Below are positions 1-10,211 of a stretch of DNA of 64,000 bases, piece after piece. The DNA is from Candidatus Bathyarchaeia archaeon (GTDB taxonomy: Archaea > Thermoproteota > Bathyarchaeia > Bathyarchaeales > Bathycorpusculaceae): positions 1 to 64,000 of the forward strand of contig JBEKBM010000009.1 of assembly GCA_050015395.1 (NCBI GenBank), written 5' to 3'. The notes beneath the pieces are model-generated. The model did not search any database. It saw only the letters and a list, made by a program, of their open reading frames with translations, and had not been told where the DNA came from. The stretch's first letter is position 1. Each line of letters starts with the position of its first letter. A program made the position numbers and the translations under genes.

Positions 1-8
1 CTCTTGCG

Positions 9-606
9 AGGGACGGCTCCAAAACCAATAAAACTAGTGTTCTTCAAAATTATACCTCAAAGAACCTAGGGAGCCGCCCTTCTAAAGTTTTGATCTACTG
101 TTACGGGGCGAGCATCCACGTTTACGACCTATTGATGTATTCCTCAATTTTTGCACTACAACGCCTGCAATCCTCACAGCATAGCCCCCTGACCACAAGT
201 GCCCACCCCAAAGCTTCTCCTTAATCTCAGGAAACTCCTCGAAAAGCAACTGAGCCGAAACACACTTGAAAACACGAACCATCTCAAGTATGCATACTTT
301 AGGCGGAGCAGAAACAAACAGATGCACATGGTCACTATCATGAACTCTAGTAGCCAGCAACTGCCAACCATGCCTCTCAGCAATCATCTTAAGTACCTCT
401 TCCAACCTAACCTCAACTGAGCCTACGAGTACCTTGCGGCGGTATTTTATGGCCCAGATAAGGTGGTAGTTGGCTTGGTAAGCACACGTCCTAGCCTTCT
501 CCAAGTCTCTCACCTCCTTATCTCGTTTGTGAAAGACGATTAGGCATACCAAAAAATAGAACTTACGCATTCATCCTGCTGCTACCGCGGCAGGTATTCT
601 GCTAGG
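9..606 (-). mobile_element. IS200/IS605-like element remnant, no tnpB in window
   Basis: tnpA is flanked by hairpin CCTGCTGC-TACC-GCGGCAGG (575-594, in an ATTCATCC...TATTCTG context) and an imperfect inverted repeat at 9-20/71-81. Exact ends uncertain. Confidence 0.65.
122..513 (-). pseudogene. tnpA: IS200/IS605-family Y1 transposase TnpA, frameshifted near C-terminus
   Basis: YHLIWAIKYRRKVL, DHVHLFV (HUH) and LWSGGY motifs. Likely start near 513, next to an AAGGAGGTG ribosome-binding site. The SAKIEEYINRS* tail ending at 122 is in another frame. Confidence 0.85.
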
Positions 607-727
607 TTTTTTATAAACATTTGCGAGAAATTAAAAAAAATTTCAAAATTAATTTATGCTTTGCTAATCGTGCATATTCAATAAGGGTTCGAAAACGATT
701 AATAATTGCTTCTATCCTCGTTTCTGC

Positions 728-1768
728 TCATTCAAGCAATTTATTAAGCAAAGGTTTTTTTACAACATTCCAAGAACGTTTCTTTAGAAGGTACTGATTG
801 AATCTTGAGCCATAATATTGCTTATTTTGATCTATGTTTGTGAAATATTCAGAAAGTGTGTCTGTTAGAGTTAAGGGCGATGATGCTATTATAACCTCAT
901 CCTCTGTGTAATCCTGTAGCATCGTATATTGCGGATATGTGATCTTCGCCAATGGTACTTTAAGGAGACCTGCTTCAATACTGTCTAAGCCGATTTCTTC
1001 ATCAATGCTGGTTTCTATGTATAAATCAGACGAAGCCAGAGACTTTAGGAATTTTGTACGAGGCATAGCCCTTATTATGTTTAATTTTACCATTCCATAA
1101 TCATAAGTTTCTTCATAAGGTATCGTCGGATCAATTATATAAAACAGTACTTTTTTCTTGAGCCTATTCCCTAATAACCGAGCTACATGTATTAATGATG
1201 CTTGTGGCAATAGACGAGGAGACTTAGCGTAAGATCTATACGCCATTATTTTCGGAACTTCACTCAAATTTCTATAGCTATCTTGCAGTTGTTGAAAGTA
1301 TTTGATTTCAGATGGAAGTATGAACTGTGGCAATATTGAAGTTGGATTGCTTATTTTATTATAATTACGGGTTGTTATGCTATGACAAATATAAAAATCT
1401 GGTTTAAAAAATTTCATATTGACAGACCCCCACCACGCAAATTCTAGTAAGGCTCCTAACCTTGTCCTAATATCGCTGTGCAAAATCGTATTTTTGTATT
1501 CATCAAATAATAATCCATGAATAAATATGGCAAAACGTTTTCCGGCAAGGAGGCTACTTATTCGAGCGATAGAACCAGTGTAAATAATAAAATCGTAATC
1601 TTTCAACTTTTTTACCAATCTAAGATCATGAACAAATGGATTGACAGCACCATGGTCAACATTGAAAAGATCAACTTCAAAGTTCTCCAATTTAAGGGCG
1701 TTAAATAGCTTCAATGTGATAACATGTACACCGCCCAGACCTGAAGGGGAAATAACTGCAATTTTCAT
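728..1768 (-). CDS. GT-B (GT4-like) glycosyltransferase
   Basis: MKIAVISPSGLGGV N-terminus; SSDLYIETSIDEEIGLDSIEAG resembles the GT4 E-x7-E motif. Confidence 0.7.
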   Translation of the reverse strand: MKIAVISPSGLGGVHVITLKLFNALKLENFEVDLFNVDHGAVNPFVHDLRLVKKLKDYDFIIYTGSIARISSLLAGKRFAIFIHGLLFDEYKNTILHSDIRTRLGALLEFAWWGSVNMKFFKPDFYICHSITTRNYNKISNPTSILPQFILPSEIKYFQQLQDSYRNLSEVPKIMAYRSYAKSPRLLPQASLIHVARLLGNRLKKKVLFYIIDPTIPYEETYDYGMVKLNIIRAMPRTKFLKSLASSDLYIETSIDEEIGLDSIEAGLLKVPLAKITYPQYTMLQDYTEDEVIIASSPLTLTDTLSEYFTNIDQNKQYYGSRFNQYLLKKRSWNVVKKPLLNKLLE

Positions 1769-2005
1769 ATGACCCTCTATCCAAAATTGCTTTTCTTGTT
1801 AATAATGTCTATTGGTAGTATAATCTCACATAATCTTTTCAATGAGATTTTTAATAGATCCGGCATTCCTATCTATGAGCAAGTAGAGCATTTAAGGTTT
1901 GCTTGCGTGTGGAAATATGCAAAACAATATTGAAACAAGCTATCAAATGCAAAACTTCATAAATCCTCAAGCAAGTCATAATAAAATAAAACCAGCGAAG
2001 AAAAA

Positions 2006-2794
2006 ATGCTTCAACCAGAAGTAATACACAAAGCAAACATAGAAGCCCATAAACTAGAGGCATCGATATACGAGCAAAGGCATCCCGAAATTTATGGGTA
2101 CTCTGAACAAAAGAGAATTACAAAAACACTTCAGATAATAACCGTTATGATTGAGGATAATGAGAAGCATGCGTTAGATTTTGGTGCTGGAACTGGAAAC
2201 CTGACAGGAAGATTATTGCGTTTAGGATATAAAGTCACCGCAGTTGATATAAGCCCTGATATGTGTGTGCAACTTAAAAAAAAATTTCAACAAGAAATCT
2301 TAAAGGGCAATCTTAAAGTAGTTAACTCAGAAGTTGAGGAATTCAAAACCGCAGCAAAGTATGACCTAATTACTTGCTATTCCGTTTTGCATCATTTACC
2401 CGATTATATTCAAACAATTAAGGAATTAGCAGCTTTATTACACACCGGTGGGTGTATGTACTTAGATCATGAGGCAAGCCCATATTATTGGACTAATCAA
2501 AATTTTAGGGGTATAGAAAGAATAATTAATTTTTCAAACAGAATTGTTGATTTTCCATTTCGTTTTCGGAGGGGAACAAAAATTTCTATAGATTATAATA
2601 TGAGTGATTACTGGACAAGCAAAGATAGGCATATAGATCACAAAAAAATTGAGCGAGCGTTCATTCAATTACACTTTTCAATTCATAGAAGAATTGATTA
2701 CCACGTTAGCAAAACATTAGTTGTCAATCCAGCATTTATAGCTTATCAGTTACTAATGAAACCTACTACGAGTTGCTGGATAGCCAAAAAATGA
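2006..2794 (+). CDS. class I SAM-dependent methyltransferase
   Basis: ALDFGAGTG, VTAVDIS, YDLITCYSVLHHLPD. Confidence 0.9.
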   Translation: MLQPEVIHKANIEAHKLEASIYEQRHPEIYGYSEQKRITKTLQIITVMIEDNEKHALDFGAGTGNLTGRLLRLGYKVTAVDISPDMCVQLKKKFQQEILKGNLKVVNSEVEEFKTAAKYDLITCYSVLHHLPDYIQTIKELAALLHTGGCMYLDHEASPYYWTNQNFRGIERIINFSNRIVDFPFRFRRGTKISIDYNMSDYWTSKDRHIDHKKIERAFIQLHFSIHRRIDYHVSKTLVVNPAFIAYQLLMKPTTSCWIAKK

Positions 2795-2876
2795 ATAAAT
2801 TGCTAAGCCTTCAGTCATAAGCAACATCCCAAGTCTTTCTAACCAAACACTTGTTCTTAGTAATTGCTAAAATAAA

Positions 2877-3430
2877 TCACAGTTTCTCGCAAAATAACCT
2901 TGAGTTGGTTACACTAACATATCCTTTCCAATACCCAATCGCCCTGCCAATTGTTCGATTCAATATCATTGAAACTGATGAATGGTATTTGCTTGCAACT
3001 GGATAAGTGCAGATCATAATTTTCACATTAAAACCCAACGTGCTTATTTTAGAAATCCAAACATCACGTTCCAAGACTGAAACGTGATCCAAAGAAGCAG
3101 ATGATTTTAAGCAGTATTTAGGACAGCGATTAAGATGAAATTTTGATTTTTTTTGTGCAGGCGTGGGTGTTGAAATCATTAAAATACCGCAGTCTTAAGG
3201 ACGCGCCTTGCCTCAATCAAGAAGCACTCAGGTTTAAGCAAATGTTCGACAACTTCAAAAGCGACTATCGCCTCCAACGACTTATCTTTAAACGGTAAAG
3301 TACTAGCGTTAGCCTTTATGAAATATTTGCGTAATTCTTTTCGTTCTAAGCATAAATAATCGAGGTCCAAACCGTATGCAATTCTTCCTTTCTGAACGAA
3401 ATGCCCTAAGACTTGGCCACAAAAGTACTC
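2877..3430 (-). pseudogene. class I SAM methyltransferase, 5'-truncated and frameshifted
   Basis: LPFKDKSLEAIVAFEVVEHL...ARRVLK continues as (D)CGILMISTP in another frame near 3190; motif I is missing. Confidence 0.7.
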
Positions 3431-3443
3431 CTCTTATAGTTAA

Positions 3444-4202
3444 TCATTTGATAGCACGCGTGACAACAAACCCCAAGTTACAGATACCTATGCACCCCAC
3501 AAGCCTTCCTGAACCTTGAAGAATCCGCAAATATTCACCGCGAGTGAACCAATGCTTATGATGCGGATCGTACAGTTTATTGCTCAAAAACTCGTCCACA
3601 TAATCCTGCAGCCGAATTGTGTCTTTATACCATTTGGAAGCCACATATGTTTTTGGCATAAACCAACGCAACAAGACACGCCCATCAACACTATGGAAAA
3701 ACAGAAAATGTAACATACCTTTATGATTAAAGCGAAGTTCATCCAAAGCTCTTACAAGCAACAGTTTACCCCACTGGAATATTGGATTACGACTAAAATT
3801 CATAGTGTAAAGTTCAGACAGCCAAGGCACAGCTACAAATAATTTGCCGTCATCGCGCAACATGTTCACCAGCTTTTTAGCCACTTCGTCTGGCTGCATC
3901 AAATGTTCCATGACGTGAGAACAAACAATGGCATCGAAGACTCCGTTTTTGAATGGAGGATTTTGCGCGGCAGCTAGAACAAAGTCAATGTTTTTGAAAC
4001 CAAGCTTTCGTGTTTCTTGCTTGTTCTTAAGGATACTATATTCTTTGGGGATTTTCTTGCACATGTCGACGCCGACAACATATTCATACTTTGTTGCTAA
4101 AACTTGTACCGCTCCTTGGCTACTGCACCCGACATCTAGGGCTGTCTTTTTTTGGCTGTCAAGTATGTATCTAGTAAACAGAGGATCGTTCTGGAAGCCC
4201 AT
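3444..4202 (-). CDS. class I SAM-dependent methyltransferase
   Basis: ALDVGCS, VVGVDM, PFKNGVFDAIVCSHVMEHL. Confidence 0.85.
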   Translation of the reverse strand: MGFQNDPLFTRYILDSQKKTALDVGCSSQGAVQVLATKYEYVVGVDMCKKIPKEYSILKNKQETRKLGFKNIDFVLAAAQNPPFKNGVFDAIVCSHVMEHLMQPDEVAKKLVNMLRDDGKLFVAVPWLSELYTMNFSRNPIFQWGKLLLVRALDELRFNHKGMLHFLFFHSVDGRVLLRWFMPKTYVASKWYKDTIRLQDYVDEFLSNKLYDPHHKHWFTRGEYLRILQGSGRLVGCIGICNLGFVVTRAIK

Positions 4203-4638
4203 AATATATCAGCTATCACACTTAATTAGCTGTTCTTTACAGTTAAGTGTATCTTCATGGCATGTTTGTTCTTAAATTTATCGTTTAAATTAAATAAATT
4301 CTTTGAATTAAAGCAAAACAGGGCTGATGAATTTAGTACCCAACCTCTGGGGCGAACCAGAGTTGGAAGGTATATACTTGGCGGGATTCCAAAAAAAGGG
4401 GTAATAATGGTATTAGAATTTTGTGTTTTTTTTTTTAATAATATCAAACGATGTAGAGACAGCGCATTAATCCGATGAAAAGCATATAGCACGAGATAAG
4501 GATTCATTAACTTTACCTTTAGAGCAGGATAAGCAGTTGGTCTTTCCTCTGAGTATTTAAAGTTTGTTACCATTGCTTTTTTAACAAATACTATTATAGA
4601 GAATCGCAATAGCTAGTAGTCCTTAAACTAATAAAAAG

Positions 4639-5324
4639 GTGTGCAGAATGCAATCTTTAAGCGCATTAAAGCCTTTCATATTAACTCAAGCCTATAGAGT
4701 AAACTGCTTAATTCGAGGAGAAAGCTATGCTCCATTAGGCACAGACCTCATCGGCTATAGCAGCGTAGTAAAATTTCTAGAAAAAAACAACATATTAACT
4801 ATAGATGGTGATATGGTTGAAATTGGAACTTTCCTAGGCGGTGGCGCTCTCAAAATCTCAAAGTACCTAGAGAGAAATAAGTCTCCAAAAAAACTGTTAT
4901 AGATGTTTTTGATCCTGATTTCGATTGGACTAAAAATATAACTGGCAACTTTATGGCTACCATGTACCATAATGTATTAAGTCGGTATAACGGCAAAACA
5001 CAATTTGAAGTATTCTCTGAAATTACAAAAAACTGCCGTAATATTCAGGTTATCAAGGCAGATTCCAAGAAAGCGTCCATACCCGCAAGCAAGCTATCTT
5101 TCGCGTTAATAGATGGAAACCATGACCCAGAATATGTCGAAAGCGACTTTAATCTTATCTGGAATAAACTTCCATCTGGCGGGGGTATAGCGCTCCATGA
5201 TTTCGAAGGCGACTTACCACAAACGACCGCTAAAATCAAAGAGCTTATTACTAGGCATAATGACCAAATCTCAAGCGTATTGCAAGAAAAACAAAAATGG
5301 CTAGTTTACTTGATTAAGAAATAA
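4639..5324 (+). pseudogene. TylF/NovP-like (Methyltransf_24) sugar O-methyltransferase split by a frameshift
   Basis: GDMVEIGTFLGG in the first ORF; VIDVFD...LSFALIDGNHDPEYVESD...GGGIALHD in the second frame; break at A7 run 4887-4893. Confidence 0.75.
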
Positions 5325-5412
5325 TCATTTTATAATACTTCGCGCATACTATTATCGTTAACTTGCAATTGTTCAACTTGCGATGTTAGACAACAACCCA
5401 GCCATCCCGAAC

Positions 5413-6057
5413 TCATTTTCCGCTCTGCCTCCAAGTACTAATAGTGTCATAAATTTGTTGACCTACTTCATCGATGCTTTTACTTGCAGAAACTTGAAAC
5501 ACACCGTTCATATGGTTGCTTAACTGAAATATCTTGTACTGTAGGTTAATGTACGTTAAATTTTCAGGTTGACTTCCTCTAATTTTCCAACGGTACTTTA
5601 ATGTGGATACATCACTGGTAAGTGATATGATGATATCTGCCTTGCTTAAGAAGGGGCTAAGAAATTTGACAAGTACCATTATATAACGAGAGTCAATATT
5701 GTAAAGTCTCTTCAGATGAATGTAGTCGATTATTGATCCTAAGGCATGTTCTTCGACAAGTACTATCGGGCAAAATAATCTTTCAAATTCAATCTTGAAT
5801 AACATCAAGGGTAATAATATGAACGTGTTAAGAAAAAGTTCCAAGCTAACGATAATCTTTAAAACATATTTAACTGTTGTAGCTTCTATTTTCAGTTTAT
5901 TGCATAGGAATTCGAATATTTGTGTTAATTTGAAGAAGGGTTTCACGCAACCCATGCTCACTCTTAGATTTTCGCTACGAAGTCGTTTAGCTAGAAATTC
6001 CATCTGTGTCGTTTTGCCACTTCCAACTGGACCAACGAATATTACAAGTCTGCCCAT
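5413..6057 (-). CDS. thymidylate kinase-like P-loop kinase
   Basis: LVIFVGPVGSGKTT Walker A; NMP-kinase size and LID-like RWKIRG. Confidence 0.7.
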   Translation of the reverse strand: MGRLVIFVGPVGSGKTTQMEFLAKRLRSENLRVSMGCVKPFFKLTQIFEFLCNKLKIEATTVKYVLKIIVSLELFLNTFILLPLMLFKIEFERLFCPIVLVEEHALGSIIDYIHLKRLYNIDSRYIMVLVKFLSPFLSKADIIISLTSDVSTLKYRWKIRGSQPENLTYINLQYKIFQLSNHMNGVFQVSASKSIDEVGQQIYDTISTWRQSGK

Positions 6058-6071
6058 GCGCGAACCCCATC

Positions 6072-6518
6072 TTAACTCGCTATAGGATTATGCAAACAGA
6101 GTCTAAACAGAGTCTTCTCTTTTGTAAAACCCATATTTTGGTATAAACGAAAAGCTACTATGTTATCCTCAAACACATCCACAAATATGCGCTCTACGTT
6201 ATATTCTTTAAACAGGCTAAGCACCAAAGCGCTCATTATGACCTTGCCAAATCCCCTACCTCTGAATTCCTCTTTAATAATCACATTATAAACGTGCGCT
6301 TCCACTCCGTTAATAGTAGCTAGAGCGCAGCCCACTATTCTATTATCTACGTAAATTGAGACGCCAGCAATCTTTCTTAACAATAATTTGAGATTCATGT
6401 TGCAAATGTTATATAAATATGATAAAAATGATGCATCATGCATTATATCCTCCTCGTAATAAAATTTAAGTACAGTTTTTAGATTCTTAGGAGTTAATTT
6501 GGATTTTTTCAAAGCCAT
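6072..6518 (-). CDS. GNAT acetyltransferase
   Basis: FRGRGFGK acetyl-CoA motif; NIVAFRLYQNMGF. Confidence 0.9.
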   Translation of the reverse strand: MALKKSKLTPKNLKTVLKFYYEEDIMHDASFLSYLYNICNMNLKLLLRKIAGVSIYVDNRIVGCALATINGVEAHVYNVIIKEEFRGRGFGKVIMSALVLSLFKEYNVERIFVDVFEDNIVAFRLYQNMGFTKEKTLFRLCLHNPIAS

Positions 6519-7498
6519 GGATAAACCTGAACCCCCAATTTACGAAGCACTATATCAGGAAGTATTTGTTTTGCATATATGAGCCAAAAATAGGATTCTA
6601 TACCCGAAGCGAATTTAGAAACAAAAGTAGATAAACTGGAAGAAGGAGCAGCAAGTAAATACACCTTCTCAACATCTAGTGTTTGAAGATTTCTTATCGC
6701 CTCATGTAAGGCTAAATAATCATAACATTTTTCTAAACTCCCCTTTGTAGAAATGGAATACATCCTATATGCAACTTTATGTGAAGGGTCAATTAGCATA
6801 ACTTCCACCGAATAATCTTGACCAATGGAAACTTGTGTCGCCTTGATGAATCCTTTTTCTTTCAGATGGACAAGCGACTCTACTACATTAAGTCCTTCTT
6901 TGGTATAGAAGCCCCTCTCTAAGCTAAAATGTTCATATTGCATTAAGAAGCTGTCCCAATTGATGTCATATTGAATGTCGGGCTTACTGTTCAGAGCTTT
7001 TCTTAACCACTTTCTGGTTTTAGAGCCAAGAAGTTGGTCTATTCTCCTTGGTTCCGTGATAAATGTGTAACTTATTTTAGCATCCCATCCATTCCATAAG
7101 AAAGGACGTACATCAAAGAAGTAAGGAGGATTCATTATCCTTGTCACGGTAAACAATCCACGACCTATGAATTTTGTAAGCAAGTTAATTCCTTCAGAAA
7201 CTTCAGATGTTCTCCTGAAGTTAAAGGTCTGTTCGTCAAATATTACAAATCCCAAGTAGGGAAGAGTATGAAGACAAGAGTCTAGTACTGTGACAAAATA
7301 GTTCTTCCGCTTAAGCAGGGGTACTCCTAAGACTGGATTGTTATCTTTAGCAAGAATCACGAATGTGAAGTCTCTTGAAGTATAAAGCTCGTCAATTGAG
7401 TGAAAGAGGGTCTTTTTTTGTGCACTCTCTAAACGAGATTTCCATTGATCATAATTATTTAATAATTCAATCTGCCAACCCATATTACTCATAACCAA
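6509..7498 (-). CDS. FemAB/GNAT-like acyltransferase of polysaccharide loci
   Basis: TLFHS, PYLGF, DVRPFLWNGW..ISYT, TRKWLRKA. ATG at 7492 is an alternative start. Confidence 0.65.
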   Translation of the reverse strand: MVMSNMGWQIELLNNYDQWKSRLESAQKKTLFHSIDELYTSRDFTFVILAKDNNPVLGVPLLKRKNYFVTVLDSCLHTLPYLGFVIFDEQTFNFRRTSEVSEGINLLTKFIGRGLFTVTRIMNPPYFFDVRPFLWNGWDAKISYTFITEPRRIDQLLGSKTRKWLRKALNSKPDIQYDINWDSFLMQYEHFSLERGFYTKEGLNVVESLVHLKEKGFIKATQVSIGQDYSVEVMLIDPSHKVAYRMYSISTKGSLEKCYDYLALHEAIRNLQTLDVEKVYLLAAPSSSLSTFVSKFASGIESYFWLIYAKQILPDIVLRKLGVQVYPWL

Positions 7499-7526
7499 CC
7501 CTCATAACCAACCCTCATAACCAACC
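7488..7526. repeat. 3 exact tandem copies of 13-bp CTCATAACCAACC
   Basis: Copies at 7488, 7501 and 7514. Confidence 0.95.
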
Positions 7527-7558
7527 AATAATATATAACCTAATGCTAAAACGAAAAT

Positions 7559-8446
7559 TCATAAGAACCCTTTGAGCGTTAGCTTCTTGTGAAGCTCACC
7601 AAAATTCATTAAAGTTACGCCATGGTACTCACAAATTTTGAAAAGAAATTTCAGTAAACTATAAAATTCTACATCATGAAGATAATCCACGTGGAAAATT
7701 AAAGAGCTTATACCATTATTCTTAGCTAATTCCTGAATTAATTTCTCAAGTAATTCTCGGGTTTCCTCTTGGCTATAGCCTTCTCTATAGGGAACTAGGT
7801 CCATAAAGATTATAGGGATCTCTATTAGATCAAAATCAGTAAATTTTATGCCATATGCTAATCCACCTGGAAATCCTACTGCGTTATTAAATCCAATATT
7901 AGACGAAATTTTAATATTAAATTTTGAAATAAGCTTGTAAGCATTGCTTAAACCTTGAGGAAAGCTGATAGTGTGATAACGCATTGCTTTTATTGGACCA
8001 AAATTTGTTTTAAAGTAGTTCATCATAAGGCACAACCGATTTAGGCTCATAGACGGATCCGGATGTGGGAAGACGTCATGTCCTTGGGAAGTTAGTTGCA
8101 TTAGCTTATGTCGATTAGATAGCGCCACATCAAATCGCGCGAAGATTGTGAACTTAACCCCAGATTTACCCAGCTCACTAATAGCCCTAATGCCATCAAG
8201 AGGCTTCACATCTTTTGTAGGAATAAGAGCATCGTTTAATAGCTTCGTAGGCCGCAGTATTTTTAACAGAGTGTTTCTTATAATGAGATTTCTCGGAGCA
8301 TCCCAATCGAACGATAAAACTGCTACAGCCTTATTATCTAAATCCTTTGCTGTGATTAACTTAAATTGGCAGGAGGAAGACAATTTATTTATAGGCAAGG
8401 GTCGCAGAAGAGATTCATTTAAGTACTCTTGCACAGTGTTAGCCAA
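7559..8446 (-). CDS. polysaccharide deacetylase family protein
   Basis: VLSFDWD, GVKFTIF, GHDVFPH, LIEIP, SLIFH. Confidence 0.75.
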   Translation of the reverse strand: MANTVQEYLNESLLRPLPINKLSSSCQFKLITAKDLDNKAVAVLSFDWDAPRNLIIRNTLLKILRPTKLLNDALIPTKDVKPLDGIRAISELGKSGVKFTIFARFDVALSNRHKLMQLTSQGHDVFPHPDPSMSLNRLCLMMNYFKTNFGPIKAMRYHTISFPQGLSNAYKLISKFNIKISSNIGFNNAVGFPGGLAYGIKFTDFDLIEIPIIFMDLVPYREGYSQEETRELLEKLIQELAKNNGISSLIFHVDYLHDVEFYSLLKFLFKICEYHGVTLMNFGELHKKLTLKGFL

Positions 8447-8475
8447 AATTTTATCAAAATTGAGAGAGGCAATAA

Positions 8476-10164
8476 TTATCGACCCACTATTGTATAACCA
8501 CTATTATATACAATATCATTTTCTAAAACTAATTCATAAGATTGGGGGCTTGCAGAACGATCTGGAAGCGTAAAGGACAAATTTGAAAGTATAAACATAC
8601 GTTCATCTGGATTAAGGCTGTAAAACTGCGTGGTCCATCCGTTATAAATCTCTATAAAATTAGCTCCAAATATTGAGTAGACATAATAATATCTATAGTT
8701 GCCGAATATAGTTTGATTTTGATTTAAACTGTGGTCCATGAGCCACACAACCGTGTAATAGGCATCATCTTGTTGAAAGTGTACATCGTAGGCAGTAGTA
8801 GGTTTTTCTGGAATTAAGGTCTGATTTAGCCATATGGCTGATGAAGATACAATCAAAATGGCGATGACACACACAGAAATTGTTTTCAGGAGCGATCCTT
8901 TAGAGGCAGGGAACGATCCTTTAGAGGCAGGGAACGATCCTTTAGAGGTAGAAATGAACCGTTGCAAGCCAATATATACTGGTAACAATAAAAAGGGAAC
9001 AGAGAATGCCGCAATCCTAGCGGTGTAATCAGTAACTGCGTGAACTAGAAAAGATGAGTATGAACCGACCAAAAGAATTAACCCCAATAATATTAATGCG
9101 ATACGCTTATCGGTTTTGTGTTTGAGTATGTATATAAATGTAGAGAATGCTATTACAAGAATGGCAACCACGTTAATTCTTGTGAGCCAAACCATTGACT
9201 GAAACAGTGCATCACCGGTATATGGAACTCTGACACCGTAAGTTATGAAGGGTTGAGGTTTAATGAAGTTAATTATTGTATTTAAGTAGGAGGCAAAGCT
9301 TCCATAAAAGAGCATTCCCATAAAGAGAAAATAAATGAATGTAATAGTAATTACAATAAGATAATTGGAGCCCAAGGTTTTTTGTCTCAGCGCTTTAGAT
9401 ATCAAATAATAAATGAGGAAAATTAAGGAAGTATACAATGCTAACGGGAGATATATTACATTAAGCCCTATGATTAATAATAATACTACAATCATGTTAG
9501 TCAGCTTAATTTCATGCGGGACTATAACAAACCTTACCAGTAACGCATTTATGATTATGCCAAAGAGCCAATAGTTGGGGAAAAGGTAAATTATTGACTG
9601 GAAAGAAAGTACTGTTACGACTATTGTCAATCCCACAAGTGAGTTTTGAGCATTAGTATTAAGTTTCTTCAGCAAAATATAGAAACTGGGAAAAACGGCT
9701 AAGCCTCCTACGAAAATACCGAGCCAATTATAAACTCGGATAGTGGAAAGACCAGTAATTAGAGATGTAATTCCAATTATTATTGGGTCTCCTGGCGAAG
9801 ACCCAAAATTACCAAAAATACCTGTTACGCCGCTCAAATTATTATTTACCACTGCCTCACCAGCCCTTACATTAAAATAAGAAAATGAAACACAGTTGAT
9901 ATCACCATTAATTAACAGCAGTGCCTGGAATACCATAACCAAAGACAAAAAGACGTAAAACGATAGAATACTATTTGTGCCACCCAGCCTTGGATATACG
10001 AATTTTAAAGCTGAAAAAACAGCAAAAAATGCGACGAATACTATTATCAAAACATTTAGTTGTGTCCTGAACAAACCTCCTAACACTATGTAACTAGAAA
10101 TGGCAATCGCCATCAAAACTAACATTAGCTTTTCTAAATCTCGTTTTATACAATAACTACACAT
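8476..10164 (-). CDS. polytopic membrane protein, probable GT-C/Wzy-like glycan polymerase or ligase
   Basis: Many hydrophobic segments, C-terminal soluble domain ending IVYNSG, glycosylation-locus context. Confidence 0.55.
   Translation of the reverse strand: MCSYCIKRDLEKLMLVLMAIAISSYIVLGGLFRTQLNVLIIVFVAFFAVFSALKFVYPRLGGTNSILSFYVFLSLVMVFQALLLINGDINCVSFSYFNVRAGEAVVNNNLSGVTGIFGNFGSSPGDPIIIGITSLITGLSTIRVYNWLGIFVGGLAVFPSFYILLKKLNTNAQNSLVGLTIVVTVLSFQSIIYLFPNYWLFGIIINALLVRFVIVPHEIKLTNMIVVLLLIIGLNVIYLPLALYTSLIFLIYYLISKALRQKTLGSNYLIVITITFIYFLFMGMLFYGSFASYLNTIINFIKPQPFITYGVRVPYTGDALFQSMVWLTRINVVAILVIAFSTFIYILKHKTDKRIALILLGLILLVGSYSSFLVHAVTDYTARIAAFSVPFLLLPVYIGLQRFISTSKGSFPASKGSFPASKGSLLKTISVCVIAILIVSSSAIWLNQTLIPEKPTTAYDVHFQQDDAYYTVVWLMDHSLNQNQTIFGNYRYYYVYSIFGANFIEIYNGWTTQFYSLNPDERMFILSNLSFTLPDRSASPQSYELVLENDIVYNSGYTIVGR
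8893..8948. repeat. in-frame 21-bp tandem repeat (about 2.7 copies) encoding SKGSFPA
   Basis: CGATCCTTTAGAGGCAGGGAA x2 plus 14 bp of a third copy. Confidence 0.9.
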
Positions 10165-10211
10165 AGGTATGCGTTACCTCAACTATCAACTAACGTACAA
10201 TTGGGAATTAA

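Noticed and set aside
4226-4609. ORFs 4226-4609 (-) and 4257-4478 (+)
   Set aside because: No recognisable motifs in very AT-rich DNA; probably spurious or degraded
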